Assembly: GCA_963725355.1 (NCBI GenBank)
Contig: CAVRYE010000007.1
Coordinates: forward strand, 12,779-76,778
Direction of reading: 5' to 3'
DNA from: an uncultured Acidimicrobiaceae bacterium
Lineage (GTDB): Bacteria > Actinomycetota > Acidimicrobiia > Acidimicrobiales > Bog-793
DNA length: 64,000 bases
Of this stretch, positions 38,534 to 49,159 are shown one piece after another (the first letter of the stretch is position 1; each line of letters starts with the position of its first letter). A model generated the notes under the pieces. It saw nothing but the letters and a program-made list of their open reading frames with translations. It ran no database searches and was not told the DNA's origin. The translations under genes were made by a program, and so were the position numbers.

Positions 38534-41527
38534 TCATCGCCGTGAAGCCTGGCCGGGCCCTTCGCCCAGCAACCCTCGGCGACGCGCAAGCGCGACCGCT
38601 TCGGTCCGGCTGGCGGCGCCGAGCTTGGCGAGAATGTTGGAAACGTGGACGCTAACGGTCTTGATGCTGATGAACAGCTGTAGGCCGATCTCGCGATTGC
38701 TCCGGCCCTCGGCGACGAGCTTCAGCACCTCCGTTTCCCTCGGGGTGAGAGTTGGGTCGTGCGAGGGGACGCCCTGCGCCACTGGCTTCTCCTGCGCGTC
38801 AAGGGCACGAAGCTCTCCTGCGAGTGGCCGGGCACCAAGCCGGAGCGCTGCGGCCCGCGAACGGACAATCTCGGCGTGTGCCTCGTCGTGTCGCCCGGCC
38901 GCTCCTAGCACCGCGGCGAGTCGGGCCTGGGAACGGGCGATCTCGTAGGAGTGCCCAAACGTTTCGAAGGCCCGCACGGCGCGACGCCAGCGCTCGACCA
39001 GCTCATCCTCGGCAAGCGGGTCGACGCCGGTGAGCCAACGCAGCCGGCCGTGCTCTGCTTGGAGACGAGCCACCCACGCTTCACCTTCGGGTCCAGGATG
39101 GCGTGACGCCGTGAAGGCATCAACGGCTGGCCTGGCTGCCACCACGATCTCCTCTCCGAGCTTGCCAAGCTCGGCGCGCTCGACTGCTCCGGCGTGGACG
39201 GCGCCCGAAGCGAGCTCTGCGATAAGGAGTGCCGCGAGACGAATACGGGCGGCGAAAGCGGGGTTCCGCCAAAGCCCGATCACCGCCTCGACCACTTCGT
39301 CGTAGATCGCTCGAGCACCCTCGAGGTCGCCACGTTGGCCGCGCAGTTCGATTCCGGCCCCTCCGGCGATGATCGCCACGAGGCCGTCGCGCTCCCACCA
39401 GTGCCGCAAGGTGCCTTCGAGCTCGAGCGCATCTTGGTCGTCACCCACCTTCGCGGCGATCTCGAGCCCGATTGCGCGCAAGAGGGCCTCGGCGAAGGCG
39501 GGTGGCGACTCACCGCTCACGTCGCAGGCCTCGGCCGCCAGATTCCAGTCACCGGCTACGAGGGCGACGATCGCAGTCTCGGCGCGGGCTTCAAGTCCGA
39601 AGGGCGCCCATGGCCGACCGGCGTCCTTTGCACGCTGCCATGTGCGGCGATAGACATCGAGCGCGGGAGACAGTCTCCCGCGCTCGTAGTAAAGGCCGCC
39701 CAGACTGAACAGCGCACGTAGCTCTGATGCCACGTCACCGGCCGCCTCCGCCTCGGCGACGGCGCGCAGGAGCGCGGCCGCCGTTTCGTCCGGATCTCCG
39801 GTTCGTTTCTCGACATTGGCAAGCGTGGTCGCCGCGTCGGCTGCCACATCGGGGAGGCCAAGCTGTCTCGCCATATGGAGTGCGTCGTCAGCCCAACGCG
39901 CGGCTTCGTCGTAGCGAGCGCGGTCTGCATGAGCGCGGGCGTGAACGGCAAGGATCTCGGCCTGCAGCAGACTCGGGGAGTCGCCCGACAAGAGTCCCAC
40001 GGCTTCGGTCGTGATGGCCAGAACGTCCACCTTGCTGTCCGTCGGCAAGGCAGCCACTGCCAGCGCGCTGAGCAGCCGAGCCCGGTGCTGCGGCGCTGCG
40101 TCGTCGGGCAGTGAGTGCAGCTGATCCTCGGCAAGAGCAATAGCCCGGAAGGAATCGCCTGCGGCGACGGCAGCGGCGCATGCTCGGACCGCCAGGTCGA
40201 CGATATCTCCACCGCCGTCTCGGAGCGCAGCCGCGACCGAGTGGTCGGAGGTGAGCTCGAGGGCCCGCTCGTAATGACGTGTGGCCTCGTCTGGACCACC
40301 AACGGCCATCGCTTCGTCGCCTGCGCGCAGGCTGGCTTTGGCCCCCGTCACCAGGTCGTGAGACGCCAGTGCATGCCTGGCCAGCTCGGCCGCGGTCCCC
40401 ATGACCTCCCCCGACGCGAGAGCGCTAGCACAGGCCGCATGCAACCGCGTTCGCTCTCCTGGCAGTAGATCCTGGTACACGGCTTCGGCGAGGAGGGCGT
40501 GACGGAAGGAGTAAGTATCGCGGTCAGAAGCCAGGAGGACGTTGGCCTCGACCGCGTGGCGCAGGGCCCGATCCAGCATCTCTCCGTCGAGTCCGGAGCC
40601 ACGCGCAAGGAGCCGATGCGCCGAACGCCTGCCGACGACTGCCGCCGCGCGAACGACGAGGCGAGCAGCGTCGTCGAGCTGATCCAATCGGAGCAGCATC
40701 AGGTCGGCGAGGTCGGAGGGTAGCTGACTGCCCCCTGATTGCACGGCGGCGAGAAGCTCCTCGAGGTAGAAAGGGTTGCCCTCCGCTCGATCGAGAAGCT
40801 TCTGGGTTTCGGCTTCGGGGAGAGCCGAAGGGTTTAGCGACTCGATCAGCAGACGCATTTGAGGATCTTCGAGCGGTGAGACCTGGAGTCTCGTGACCCC
40901 TGCGATTCGCGCCCAGGTGGTGAGGGTCGACCGGAGCGGATGGGCCCGGTGCAGGTCGTCACTGCGGTATGACGCCACGATCGTGACTTGCGAGGCGAAT
41001 CCCCGGGTGAACAGGAACGTGAGCAACTCCCGGGTCGACCGGTCGGCCCAATGCAAGTCCTCGACGACGAGCATGAGCGGCGCATCTCGGCCCAGCTGGG
41101 TGAGGGTGGAATGGATTGCCTCGAGCAACGAGACGCGATCCATCGTCCGCTCGCGATCTGGCGTCTCGGTGAGCATTCGATGAGAAGGCAGCAGACTGAA
41201 GATCGCGGGATTGGACTCGACCAGCGAGGCAGCCATCGCCGCTTCGTCGAGCGCCAGCCGACCCAGGGCCTCACTGAAGGCGAGGTAAGAAAGTGCGCTC
41301 TCGCCGAAATCGAGGCAGTGCCCAACCAACACACGCCACTGAGCCGCCTTGGCCTGGGTGGCGAGCTCGGTGATGAGGCGGCTCTTTCCCACGCCGGCGT
41401 CGCCGCCGAGGAGCACGTGCCCGGATACTCCTCCGTCGAGGCCGGTAAGTTCGCGGAGCCGCCGCACCTCCACGGTCCGCCCTACGAGTGGAGCCAGGCT
41501 CACGTCGGGTGGCACAACGGAAATCAT
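38534..41527 (-). CDS. Large ATP-binding LuxR-family regulator (LAL/MalT-like: AAA ATPase + TPR-like repeats + C-terminal HTH)
   Basis: Walker A GDAGVGKSRL, Walker B LMLVVEDLHWAD, a long helical repeat region, and C-terminal LTPRETEVLKLVAEGRSNREIGLQLFISIKTVSVHVSNILAKLG. Confidence 0.85.
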   Translation of the reverse strand: MISVVPPDVSLAPLVGRTVEVRRLRELTGLDGGVSGHVLLGGDAGVGKSRLITELATQAKAAQWRVLVGHCLDFGESALSYLAFSEALGRLALDEAAMAASLVESNPAIFSLLPSHRMLTETPDRERTMDRVSLLEAIHSTLTQLGRDAPLMLVVEDLHWADRSTRELLTFLFTRGFASQVTIVASYRSDDLHRAHPLRSTLTTWARIAGVTRLQVSPLEDPQMRLLIESLNPSALPEAETQKLLDRAEGNPFYLEELLAAVQSGGSQLPSDLADLMLLRLDQLDDAARLVVRAAAVVGRRSAHRLLARGSGLDGEMLDRALRHAVEANVLLASDRDTYSFRHALLAEAVYQDLLPGERTRLHAACASALASGEVMGTAAELARHALASHDLVTGAKASLRAGDEAMAVGGPDEATRHYERALELTSDHSVAAALRDGGGDIVDLAVRACAAAVAAGDSFRAIALAEDQLHSLPDDAAPQHRARLLSALAVAALPTDSKVDVLAITTEAVGLLSGDSPSLLQAEILAVHARAHADRARYDEAARWADDALHMARQLGLPDVAADAATTLANVEKRTGDPDETAAALLRAVAEAEAAGDVASELRALFSLGGLYYERGRLSPALDVYRRTWQRAKDAGRPWAPFGLEARAETAIVALVAGDWNLAAEACDVSGESPPAFAEALLRAIGLEIAAKVGDDQDALELEGTLRHWWERDGLVAIIAGGAGIELRGQRGDLEGARAIYDEVVEAVIGLWRNPAFAARIRLAALLIAELASGAVHAGAVERAELGKLGEEIVVAARPAVDAFTASRHPGPEGEAWVARLQAEHGRLRWLTGVDPLAEDELVERWRRAVRAFETFGHSYEIARSQARLAAVLGAAGRHDEAHAEIVRSRAAALRLGARPLAGELRALDAQEKPVAQGVPSHDPTLTPRETEVLKLVAEGRSNREIGLQLFISIKTVSVHVSNILAKLGAASRTEAVALARRRGLLGEGPGQASRR

Positions 41528-42429
41528 CGCGGATGCTGGTGTTAGGCGTCACCAGGTCCCAGGAACGCCGCAGAACAACGGCGCAGGGGGACCTCGTTAA
41601 CACCGTCAGTTGTGATTAGTTGCTCGCAACTGGACGTCCGGGGAAAGCGATAGAGCCGGCCGGTGTCGCCCGAGGATCCACTGGCGCCCCCACTGGGACA
41701 CGGTACGAACCAATCTGGGCCGGACGGACCCGCCGGTGCCGCCGGTGCCGGCGAACTCCCGCCGGTAGGCGATCTCGGCCTCGACGAAATCCGCGTGAGG
41801 TGGTCGCATCATGACCCGTCCCCCTTCTCGTTTGCTCGTGAACTGATCAGCACCACAGCTCAACGATGGGCCCCTGAGGTGGGGCAGCACATCGGAAGGA
41901 GTCCCTATTTCAGGAACTGCCCCCGACTTACCCCTCAGCGGGCTCGTCTGAGGTAGGTAGAGGGCTTCCTGGCTGGTCAAGAGCCAAGCTGCAGTCCGCC
42001 CGAAACTCCTGGCTCCTGGGGCCATCTCGCCCCCCGGGTGCGGGCGTCATGTAATCACTCTCTCGCCGAGCACGTCGGTGACCTCGAGCTGCTCGTCATG
42101 GCAGAGCTCAACCTCACCGACGCCCTCTCCGACCGGCGATCTGCGGGGCGCGGTCGGGTGCCGCCCGCTCCGCCGGTTCACATCTCTCAGGACACGCAGG
42201 CGGGCCACAACGCCGACATCGGGGGCTTCGTGGTGCTCGTCGCCGACGACACCTGCTTCTCGACACTGTCGCTGTGGGTGGTACGAAGGCAGGGATGCAG
42301 TGATGGTCGCGCGCTGACCGAGCGCCGGCGCCAGCACAGAACCTACAGCTCTGCAGCTGAGGGATGCCTGAGCTAGCTCGACACCGAATTAGGCTTTGAA
42401 CTGCCCGAACGTTGTGACTCTGACTACGG

Positions 42430-42513
42430 CGGAGGGAGTGGGATTCGAACCCACGAGGCTCATCACCCAACGGTTTTCAAGACCGTCGCATTCGTCCGCT
42501 CTGCCATCCCTCC
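42430..42513 (-). tRNA. tRNA-Ser (anticodon UGA)
   Basis: The reverse complement GGAGGGATGGCAGAGCGGACGAATGCGACGGTCTTGAAAACCGTTGGGTGATGAGCCTCGTGGGTTCGAATCCCACTCCCTCCG folds as a class II tRNA. It has a long variable arm, anticodon loop CTTGAAA and T-loop TTCGAAT. Confidence 0.9.
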
Positions 42514-43507
42514 GAACTGGGGCTCAACTACCTACCGTTATCCCCATCCCATAAATGCTGACCGCGTCTAAGCGTATCCAGAATGCGCCAGCGCCCCCCA
42601 GGCGCTTGGGAGGTCACCGCCGTGGCACAGAAGTCCGTCTGCTGTCCCATCCCGGCTCACGCAGGAAGCCCGGCCGATGATTCGCACGCTGTGTAGCGGA
42701 ATGCGCGCGCTTCTTTCCGCTTTACGCAGGTGACGAGGTCACCCTCATCTACTCCGACCAAGCGGACACAGCGACGTGGCCCGCGATCTCGGTTTTCTAC
42801 CGCGGACTCCGCAACCCCAACCTCCCCGTCCGCCAGGCATAAGGGGAAGGAACCAGGATCATGCCCGCAAACCCCGCCGGCCTCGCCCTGCGTAACCGAC
42901 GCGCCGGATACGACAAATCGTTTGGGCACTTGCCGACCTACAGGCGCCCGAGAGCATCACCCTCACTAGCCCGCTTTCGACCACGGCGCCCCATCCCTGA
43001 GCGGTACCGCGGCAAGCTCTTCGGGGCAACATTTCACGCCCGCTCGTATGGACAACGCCGCCGGCCGAAGCTTCGGAACTAGTTCTCGTCGTGCAAGATC
43101 CCGACGTCCCTTCGGGAAACCTGCCACCCGTGCCTTTACGCTCGGCATAACCCCATCGTTAAGCGGCATTCCCGAGAATGGCCTCACCGAGTTCGGTCCG
43201 ATCCGCGGGCTAAGACACGGCAAAGGCGTCCTCGGTCACCGGGGCTGGCCGGCCCCAGGCCGCCCCACTCGCACGGACCACTCTCCTACGACTTCCAGCT
43301 CTTCGCCCTGAACTGCAGGCTCGATCTCCCCGACAGGCTCACCTTCCGCGATGCACTCCACGCCATGACCGGACTGTCGTGGTGCGCGCCCGACTCGACG
43401 GCACCTACGAAATCCGGTAGCCGCGCACCAGCAGATGCTCGGCGGTACCACTATCCACAGCTCACGACCTATCCTCGCTGGAGACCCACGACAAGGAGGA
43501 ACTCATC

Positions 43508-43909
43508 TTGTCCGTCCCGTTGCCCCAGGACCTGCTCGACTTACTGCGTCGACCTAGCCCTTGCTTCATAGCCACCCTCATGCCTGATGGCTCTCCGCAA
43601 CTGACCCAGACATGGGTGACCACCGACGGCGAGTTCATCGTGATCAACACTCCTGACTGGACCCAGAAGGCCAAGAACGTGGCCCGGGACGCCCGCGTCG
43701 CAGTGACCGTGGTGGACCCCGACGAGACGAGACGCTATTTTGTCGTGCGCGGTCGTGTGATCTCCACTACGACCGAGGGCGGTGCCGAGAGTATCGATGA
43801 GATCTCCCAGAAATACCTGGGCATCCCCTACCCAAACTTCTCCGGGCGAGAGGAAACCCGGACCTTGCTGACCATCGCGGCCGACTCGGTGGTCCCGCCC
43901 CCCGGGTGA
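43508..43909 (+). CDS. PPOX-class (pyridoxamine 5'-phosphate oxidase-like) probable F420-dependent enzyme
   Basis: LPQDLLDLLRRPSPCFIATLMPDGSPQLTQTWV...ARVAVTVVDP...YFVVRGRV. TTG start has an AAGGAGGA Shine-Dalgarno sequence 7 nt upstream. Confidence 0.75.
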   Translation: MSVPLPQDLLDLLRRPSPCFIATLMPDGSPQLTQTWVTTDGEFIVINTPDWTQKAKNVARDARVAVTVVDPDETRRYFVVRGRVISTTTEGGAESIDEISQKYLGIPYPNFSGREETRTLLTIAADSVVPPPG

Positions 43910-44355
43910 TCGTCCGGGTTGTCTCAAAGAGAGGTCGCCGGATCGAGGTGATGAAAACGTCTCTTTAGGTAGTCACCCTTTGGCGAAACTCGCCGTGTGA
44001 GTTCGTCCAGACGGTGAACAGGTTTGTCGGTATTCGAACCCCGTATGGGATCGAACGTGAACCCATCAGCAGGACGCACAGACGCGCAACCTGCAGTCCC
44101 TCTTTACAGCCTCCGGACTGACGGGGCTCAGCTTCGCTGACCAGCTCGCCCGTCCCCGACGGAACAGTCACAAGGTTCTGCCACTTCAGCAGGCAGTTTC
44201 CGTCCTGTGTCCGTTCGCACGCGTAGTGACCTTCCGGGAGGGCGATGAAATCGGCCTCCCGGTCTCGTCATACCACCGAGATGTCGCCGAGCCGGGTCTG
44301 GAGCTGGGCCGAGCCTCAGGCCTGGCGGCTTAGCCTGAAGACAGAAAGAGGTGCT

Positions 44356-44640
44356 ATGAAGCTGGACAAACAGTTCTCGGCCACTCTAGAGAAGAGCACC
44401 AACAAGGGGGGCTGGACTTACGTCGTGATGCCTGGGTCGGCCGAGTACTTCGGCACCCGGGGCCTGGTCAAGGTACGCGGCTTGGTGGACGGCCACCCCT
44501 TCCAGAGCTCCTTTATGGCACTCGGAGACGGCCGCCACAAGCTGCCGCTCAAGGCAAGCCTGCAACAGGCGATCGCCAAAAAGCCCGGAGACAAGGTTAC
44601 GGTCGTGCTCCAGGAGCGGCTTGAGCGGGGAGGCGACTGA
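44356..44640 (+). CDS. DUF1905 domain protein
   Basis: [71 protein letters not shown] 44356 has a GAAAGAGG Shine-Dalgarno sequence. Confidence 0.7.
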   Translation: MKLDKQFSATLEKSTNKGGWTYVVMPGSAEYFGTRGLVKVRGLVDGHPFQSSFMALGDGRHKLPLKASLQQAIAKKPGDKVTVVLQERLERGGD

Positions 44641-45047
44641 TGTCGTCCGCCGAGATCGACGACTACCTGGACCGTCTGGATGAGCCGAAGCGCTCGACTC
44701 TCGTACAACTGCGGGGCGACATCCTGGCTGTCGTCCCGGATGCCGAACAGTGCATCTCGTACACAGTCCCGGCCTTTAAGGTCAACGGCAAGACGGTCGC
44801 TGGCTTCGCCGCGTTCAAGAATCACCTGAGCTATTTACCCCACAGCGGCTCGGTGTTCCCCGAACTGGCCGAGGAACTAGCCGGGTACACGAAGTCCACT
44901 GGAGCTTTGAGGTTCCCCGTCGATGAGCCTCTGCCGCCTGAGCTGGTCGCGAAGTTGATCACTGTGCGGCTACGGCAAGCCTTTCCTTCGGATGGCGGAA
45001 GGCAAAAGTGGAGTTCGGGTGCAAACGCGGAAGTGAGACACAAGTGA
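44640..45047 (+). CDS. DUF1801 (YdhG-like) domain protein
   Basis: ATGA overlap with the upstream stop. IDDYLDRLDEPKRSTLVQLRGDILAVVPDAEQCISYTVPAFKVNGKTVAGFAAFKNHLSY. Confidence 0.7.
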   Translation: MSSAEIDDYLDRLDEPKRSTLVQLRGDILAVVPDAEQCISYTVPAFKVNGKTVAGFAAFKNHLSYLPHSGSVFPELAEELAGYTKSTGALRFPVDEPLPPELVAKLITVRLRQAFPSDGGRQKWSSGANAEVRHK

Positions 45048-45319
45048 GGAGCTCACACTCTGATCGGCCCCGTTCCAAAGCCGAGCGCTGGGAGCGGCGC
45101 ACGTCTGCAGGCTTCTTCTCTGCTTGCCCGGATGATCAGGGGCGTTTCATATGCTTCGGCCTTCTGCCGAAGGCGGAAGAAGCAGCCGTCTGTTGAGGGC
45201 AACGGACGGCCGGCGGTGGCGGAGACAGGCAGAATCAGTTGATACCAGGCGCTCTGTGTGTAAGGGGACTGAGGACGTTGATCGTTGTTGCAGGGTTCGG
45301 TTCGAGCTGAGAGTCGGCG

Positions 45320-45796
45320 ATGTTGATCAGGATCGAGGGTTTCGATCTGCCCGGTCGCGCTTGCGGCCCCGGTCCGGACTTTCCGGAGGGACATCACAAC
45401 ATCCACGTTGCCATCCAGGGCCGCGAAGGCCAGCAGGACTTATCGGGCCTCGTCGCAGCCGACGCCGAGTCAGTGTTATGGGAACTGATCTGCGACGTGG
45501 TGTCGCCGCCGCCACAGGCCGATCTGAGGGGCGCCCAGATCCACGGGCGACAGGGCAAGACCTTCGTCTATATCTCCTGGGGAGTGGTCGGCGAAGTGGG
45601 CGATTTCAGGATGTTCCGGCGGGCCAAGATCTGGTTGGATGCCGTTCCGTCCGACGTGCTGGCGCTCGCGTGCCATGACGGGCTTCTGATCGGCCGCCTC
45701 GGGCTGACAGATGACAAAGGTTGGCCGCTCTGCGCGTCGGTCCGGCCGCCTCGGATTGAGTGGTCCTCTCCGCCACGCAGTGGACTTACGCCTTGA
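45320..45796 (+). CDS. DUF5990-family protein
   Basis: MLIRIEGFDLPGRACGPGPDFP..HNIHVAIQ...GRQGKTFVYISWG...FRMFRRAKIWLDAVP...GRLGLTDDKGWPLCASVRPPRIEWS matches my recollection of this actinobacterial family. Confidence 0.6.
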   Translation: MLIRIEGFDLPGRACGPGPDFPEGHHNIHVAIQGREGQQDLSGLVAADAESVLWELICDVVSPPPQADLRGAQIHGRQGKTFVYISWGVVGEVGDFRMFRRAKIWLDAVPSDVLALACHDGLLIGRLGLTDDKGWPLCASVRPPRIEWSSPPRSGLTP

Positions 45797-46055
45797 TGCG
45801 CGGCGAACCGGACACCGCACGCGCATTTTGAGAGCCGGCAGCGGCTCGTCAGGTTTGTTGACGAGCCGCGACCTGTCGATAAGCCACGTGAACAGGTATG
45901 TGGGTAACGCAGTCCGAAATGATTGATCTCGCACGACTGCCGCGTCCGTGTTGTAGTCGAAGATTTGTGACGGTGTCGTGACAACAGCGGCCGGGCGACG
46001 ACAGCGACCGCAAGAGCTAAGCCCCTTTGTGGGTCGGTCTGGCTATCATCGTGCC

Positions 46056-46367
46056 ATGCCAGTCAAACTCACCGTCGTCGTCGACAACCCGAACGATCCC
46101 GGCGCCTTTGAGGCCCACTACAACTCCCCCGCCAACAGGGAACTGCTGGGCAAAATCCCAGACGTCCAGCGGGTCGAATCGGCCAAGGTCTTCCCGAAAG
46201 AGGACGGCTCCCCGACTCCTGCCTACCGGACCATCGACGTCTACTTCTCCGACTACGCGACCGCGTGCGCCGCGCTCGGGTCACCTGAGGCAGGCGAGCT
46301 GGCTGGCGGACTAGCCCAGGCGGCCACAGGCGGGATCCGTTTTCTCCTCTCCGAGATAGAGGACTGA
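46056..46367 (+). CDS. EthD-family reductase (TIGR02118-like)
   Basis: MPVKLTVVVDNPNDPGAFEAHY...YRTIDVYFSDYATACAALGSPEAGELAGGLAQAATGGIRFLLSE. Confidence 0.7.
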   Translation: MPVKLTVVVDNPNDPGAFEAHYNSPANRELLGKIPDVQRVESAKVFPKEDGSPTPAYRTIDVYFSDYATACAALGSPEAGELAGGLAQAATGGIRFLLSEIED

Positions 46368-46832
46368 CTCTCCCCAATCGCCGTGCCGCAGGCCCGTGCG
46401 CCAGCATCCACTGCAAGATACGCGACGCGCAAACAAAGGAAACGGAAGCATAGTCACGACGGCGCGCCCGTATACAGGTTGAGAGCTGGTGCCGACAGCC
46501 GCCACGAGGTCAAGGTTCACTAGGAGGATCATGGCGAGGGGCTGTGGGCGTCGCCAGATCCGCGCGTCTCACGCTGGCGGGTCGAGGTCGTACAGAGGCG
46601 GAGTTCGTTCGTGCCGGACGGGGACACGGCCGGCGTAGGGAAGCAACCTTCGATGGTGCCCTCAACAACGCAGCCGTCCTCGATCTAGAGGGGCGGTTCG
46701 TCCTGCCAGAACCGGCGACCACACGAATGAGACCTTTGGTTTGCTCTAATCGGTCATGCAGTTCTGTGGCTATAGCTGTGGTGGGTTCGCGTGGAGCAGA
46801 GAAATCTCGGAGGAGCGAAGAGGCCTTGTCTG

Positions 46833-48250
46833 GTTTGGTGGCGCTTCGGAAATCAGCGGGGTCTGATCGTGACGAGTAGGTCCCAGTTGGGCTTGCCCGC
46901 GTAGAGGAGCGACCGGATCCGATAGTTCTGGAACCTGGTGAACCCGAAGGCCGCCCGCTTCACGCGCTTGGATCAGATTGTTCACTGCTTCGGTGGGTCC
47001 GTTGGTCACATGGGCTTCGTGCCAGGCGGCGATCTGGTGCTTCCAGCGGATCAGCGTACGACCGAGCGATCGTGCCTCGATCGGGTAGTCCTTGTCTTGT
47101 AGATCGGCACCGAGACGCTCGACCCACTCGAGGGCGAGCTCGGGATCGGAGTGGGAGTACAGCTCACGGACAGCCTCCTTCGCGTGCCACATGGTCGTCA
47201 CGTTCCCGCGGGGGTCCCCGGCACGCAGCAGACCGAGCAGCTTCTCTCGTCCGTGCTCGGTCAGGCGTTCATCGGCCTTGGTAAGGAGACGCCGGCACCG
47301 GTAGAGGGGATCGGACTTGTGACCACGATGTCCCATGGTCTCGTTCTGCACCCGACGTCGGCACTCGTCGAGCTTGGTGTTGGCGAGCTTGCACACGTGG
47401 AACGGATCAGCCACCTGAGTGGCGTCAGGCACCATGGCGTCGAAGACCGCCCGGTAGGGACTCGAGAGGTCCAACGTGGCGTAGCGGACCTGGTCCCGCC
47501 AGCTCTTTCCTTGGGCAATGAGCCAGGCGGTGGGTCCCTTGCCGCTGCGACCAGGGACGACATCGAGGAGCTGGCCGGCTTGCACATCGACGATCTGGGT
47601 AGAGAACTCCTGTCGGCGCCAGGGTCCGATGCGGGCGAACAGCACCTCGTCGAGCCCCAGGGCACTGACCGTGTCGAACCGGTCCGGATCGTCGTCGACC
47701 AACGCGGTGCCGTACGCGATCAACGTGTCGTTGATGGTATGCCAGTCGGTGCCGAGCTCGACCGCCACCTCGTTCACGCTGCCGGCGTAGCGACCGATCT
47801 GCTCGGTGATCCATCTCCCGGCCCGGTCGGTCATCGCCATTCGAGGCGCGGCGATCGTTGACTCCTCGGTCCAGGACCCGGCCATGCAGGAACCCTCCGG
47901 GCACCGCAACCGACGCTTGTGCCACAGCAGATGCGTAGGGCGCCCGAAGCACGGAAGATCGACCAATTCGACGACGGGACGGTCCTTCACATGTGCGAGC
48001 ACTCCGCAGGTCTCACACCCCGACCGACCAGCCCGCAGTTCGACGTGGACGCGCAGCGGCTCTCCGGGGACATCGTCGATACCGAGCACGTTCACATCCG
48101 GCAAGCCGACAAGTAGCTCGCACATCCGCGTAGGGTCTCTCTCCACGGGGGCTCTCCGATCTGAAGGCGTTAGATACCATCAGGTTGGTCGAGCCCCCTC
48201 TACGCGTAGGTGGACCCTAGACCCAGCTCAGATCCAAAGCGCCGTCAATC
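46833..48250 (-). mobile_element. ISL3-family insertion sequence (~1.4 kb)
   Basis: It carries an ISL3 transposase. Imperfect ~30-bp inverted repeats: 46833-46864 (GTTTGGTGGCGCTTCGGAAATCAGCGGGGTCT) against the reverse complement of 48219-48250 (GATTGACGGCGCTTTGGATCTGAGCTGGGTCT). No clear target-site duplication was found by eye. Confidence 0.7.
46853..48125 (-). pseudogene. ISL3-family transposase, frame switch near 46967-46974
   Basis: MCELLVGLPDVNVLGIDD..., zinc-finger CETCG, DDE region. After ...TNGPTEAVNNLI the frame drifts. The neighbouring frame gives the canonical C-terminus KRVKRAAFGFTRFQNYRIRSLLYAGKPNWDLLVTIRPR and stops at 46853-46855. Confidence 0.85.
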
Positions 48251-48256
48251 TGCCGG

Positions 48257-48285
48257 TTGACATTTACTATTTAGTTATATAACCT
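48257..48285 (+). promoter_or_regulatory. Candidate sigma70-type promoter of the arsR operon in an AT-rich patch
   Basis: TTGACA (48257-48262), a 17-nt spacer, then TAACCT (48280-48285). The ATG at 48293 is 8 nt downstream, so the mRNA may be leaderless or nearly so. The spacer contains the small palindrome ACTA-TT-TAGT (48266-48275). Confidence 0.35.
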
Positions 48286-48292
48286 GGAGGTA

Positions 48293-48649
48293 ATGGTTGC
48301 TAACGATCAACTGAGCCGCTCCTTCGCGGCCCTTGCAGACCCCACCCGCCGGGCGATCCTGGAGCGCCTCGCAGCCGGCGATGCCGGCGTCGTCGAACTC
48401 GCAGAGGCCTCCACGCTGACGCAGCCCGCTATCACCAAGCACCTCAAGGTGCTGGAGCGAGCCGGTCTGATCGGCCGGGCCCGTGACGGCCAGCGCCGCC
48501 CAGCGCGACTTCAACTCGACGGCTTGGCCCCAGTGGATGACTGGCTCCGCCGCGCACACGCGGAATGGTCCGACCGCCTCGACCGTCTCGAAGCCCATCT
48601 TGCCGCCCAAACCGAATCAACCATTAGTGAGGAGATCCCCGATGCCTGA
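48293..48649 (+). CDS. ArsR/SmtB-family transcriptional regulator
   Basis: FAALADPTRRAILERLAAGDAGVVELAEASTLTQPAITKHLKVLERAGLI winged-helix signature. Confidence 0.85.
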   Translation: MVANDQLSRSFAALADPTRRAILERLAAGDAGVVELAEASTLTQPAITKHLKVLERAGLIGRARDGQRRPARLQLDGLAPVDDWLRRAHAEWSDRLDRLEAHLAAQTESTISEEIPDA

Positions 48650-49145
48650 GACCCGTGCCGCCGTGGACGTCCGATCTGCGACTGCGATCAAGCAGCTCGT
48701 CATCGAACGCACCCTTAAGGCCTCGCCAGAGCGGGTCTTTGACGCCTTCACCGACCCGGGCCAACTCACGAAATGGTGGTGGCCCAACGGCTTCACCTGC
48801 CCCGCCGCCGAGGTGGACCTTCGCGTCGGGGGGACGTACCGGCTCGCGATGGAGTGGCCCGACTTCATCCCTACCGAAGCGCAGTTCTCGCACTACATGG
48901 GAGGCGAGTACTACGAGATAGATCGTCCGCATCGTCTGGTTATGAGCGGCCGGGCCGTCAACGACGAGCAGGACGAGCTCTTCGCAACGCTCATTGAGCT
49001 GACCTTTGAGGCTCGCGAAGGGGGAACCGCGCTCACCATGCGACAGTCCTACTTCGAGCCGATGCCGCCCCCCGAGGCGTTGGCCGGTGCCGAGCAGGGT
49101 TGGTCGGAGCAGCTCGACAAGCTCGAGCGGCTTCTCGCGGACTGA
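48642..49145 (+). CDS. SRPBCC-superfamily protein (Aha1/AHSA1-like domain)
   Basis: The start overlaps the arsR end by 8 nt. ERTLKASPERVFDAFTDPGQLTKWWWPNGF...GGTYRLAM. ArsR paired with SRPBCC is a common arrangement. Confidence 0.8.
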   Translation: MPETRAAVDVRSATAIKQLVIERTLKASPERVFDAFTDPGQLTKWWWPNGFTCPAAEVDLRVGGTYRLAMEWPDFIPTEAQFSHYMGGEYYEIDRPHRLVMSGRAVNDEQDELFATLIELTFEAREGGTALTMRQSYFEPMPPPEALAGAEQGWSEQLDKLERLLAD

Positions 49146-49159
49146 TCGAAAGAGCGGTT

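Noticed and set aside
41606-42376. ORFs next to the tRNA-Ser 3' end (41606..42025-, 42038..42376+, 42047..42337-) as possible integrase remnants
   Set aside because: No tyrosine- or serine-recombinase motifs (R..HxxR..Y, or an N-terminal Ser catalytic domain) could be read in any frame, and the competing frames are equally poor.
42514-43507. About 1 kb upstream of tRNA-Ser with several 70-90-aa ORFs
   Set aside because: None has a recognisable motif, start context or consistent frame. It is likely non-coding or heavily decayed sequence. It is noted under the island finding rather than annotated.
46960-46980. Programmed ribosomal frameshift in the ISL3 transposase
   Set aside because: ISL3 transposases are normally single ORFs. 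No slippery heptamer (A AAA AAG type) is present at the break, and similar single-point breaks occur in unrelated genes across the window.
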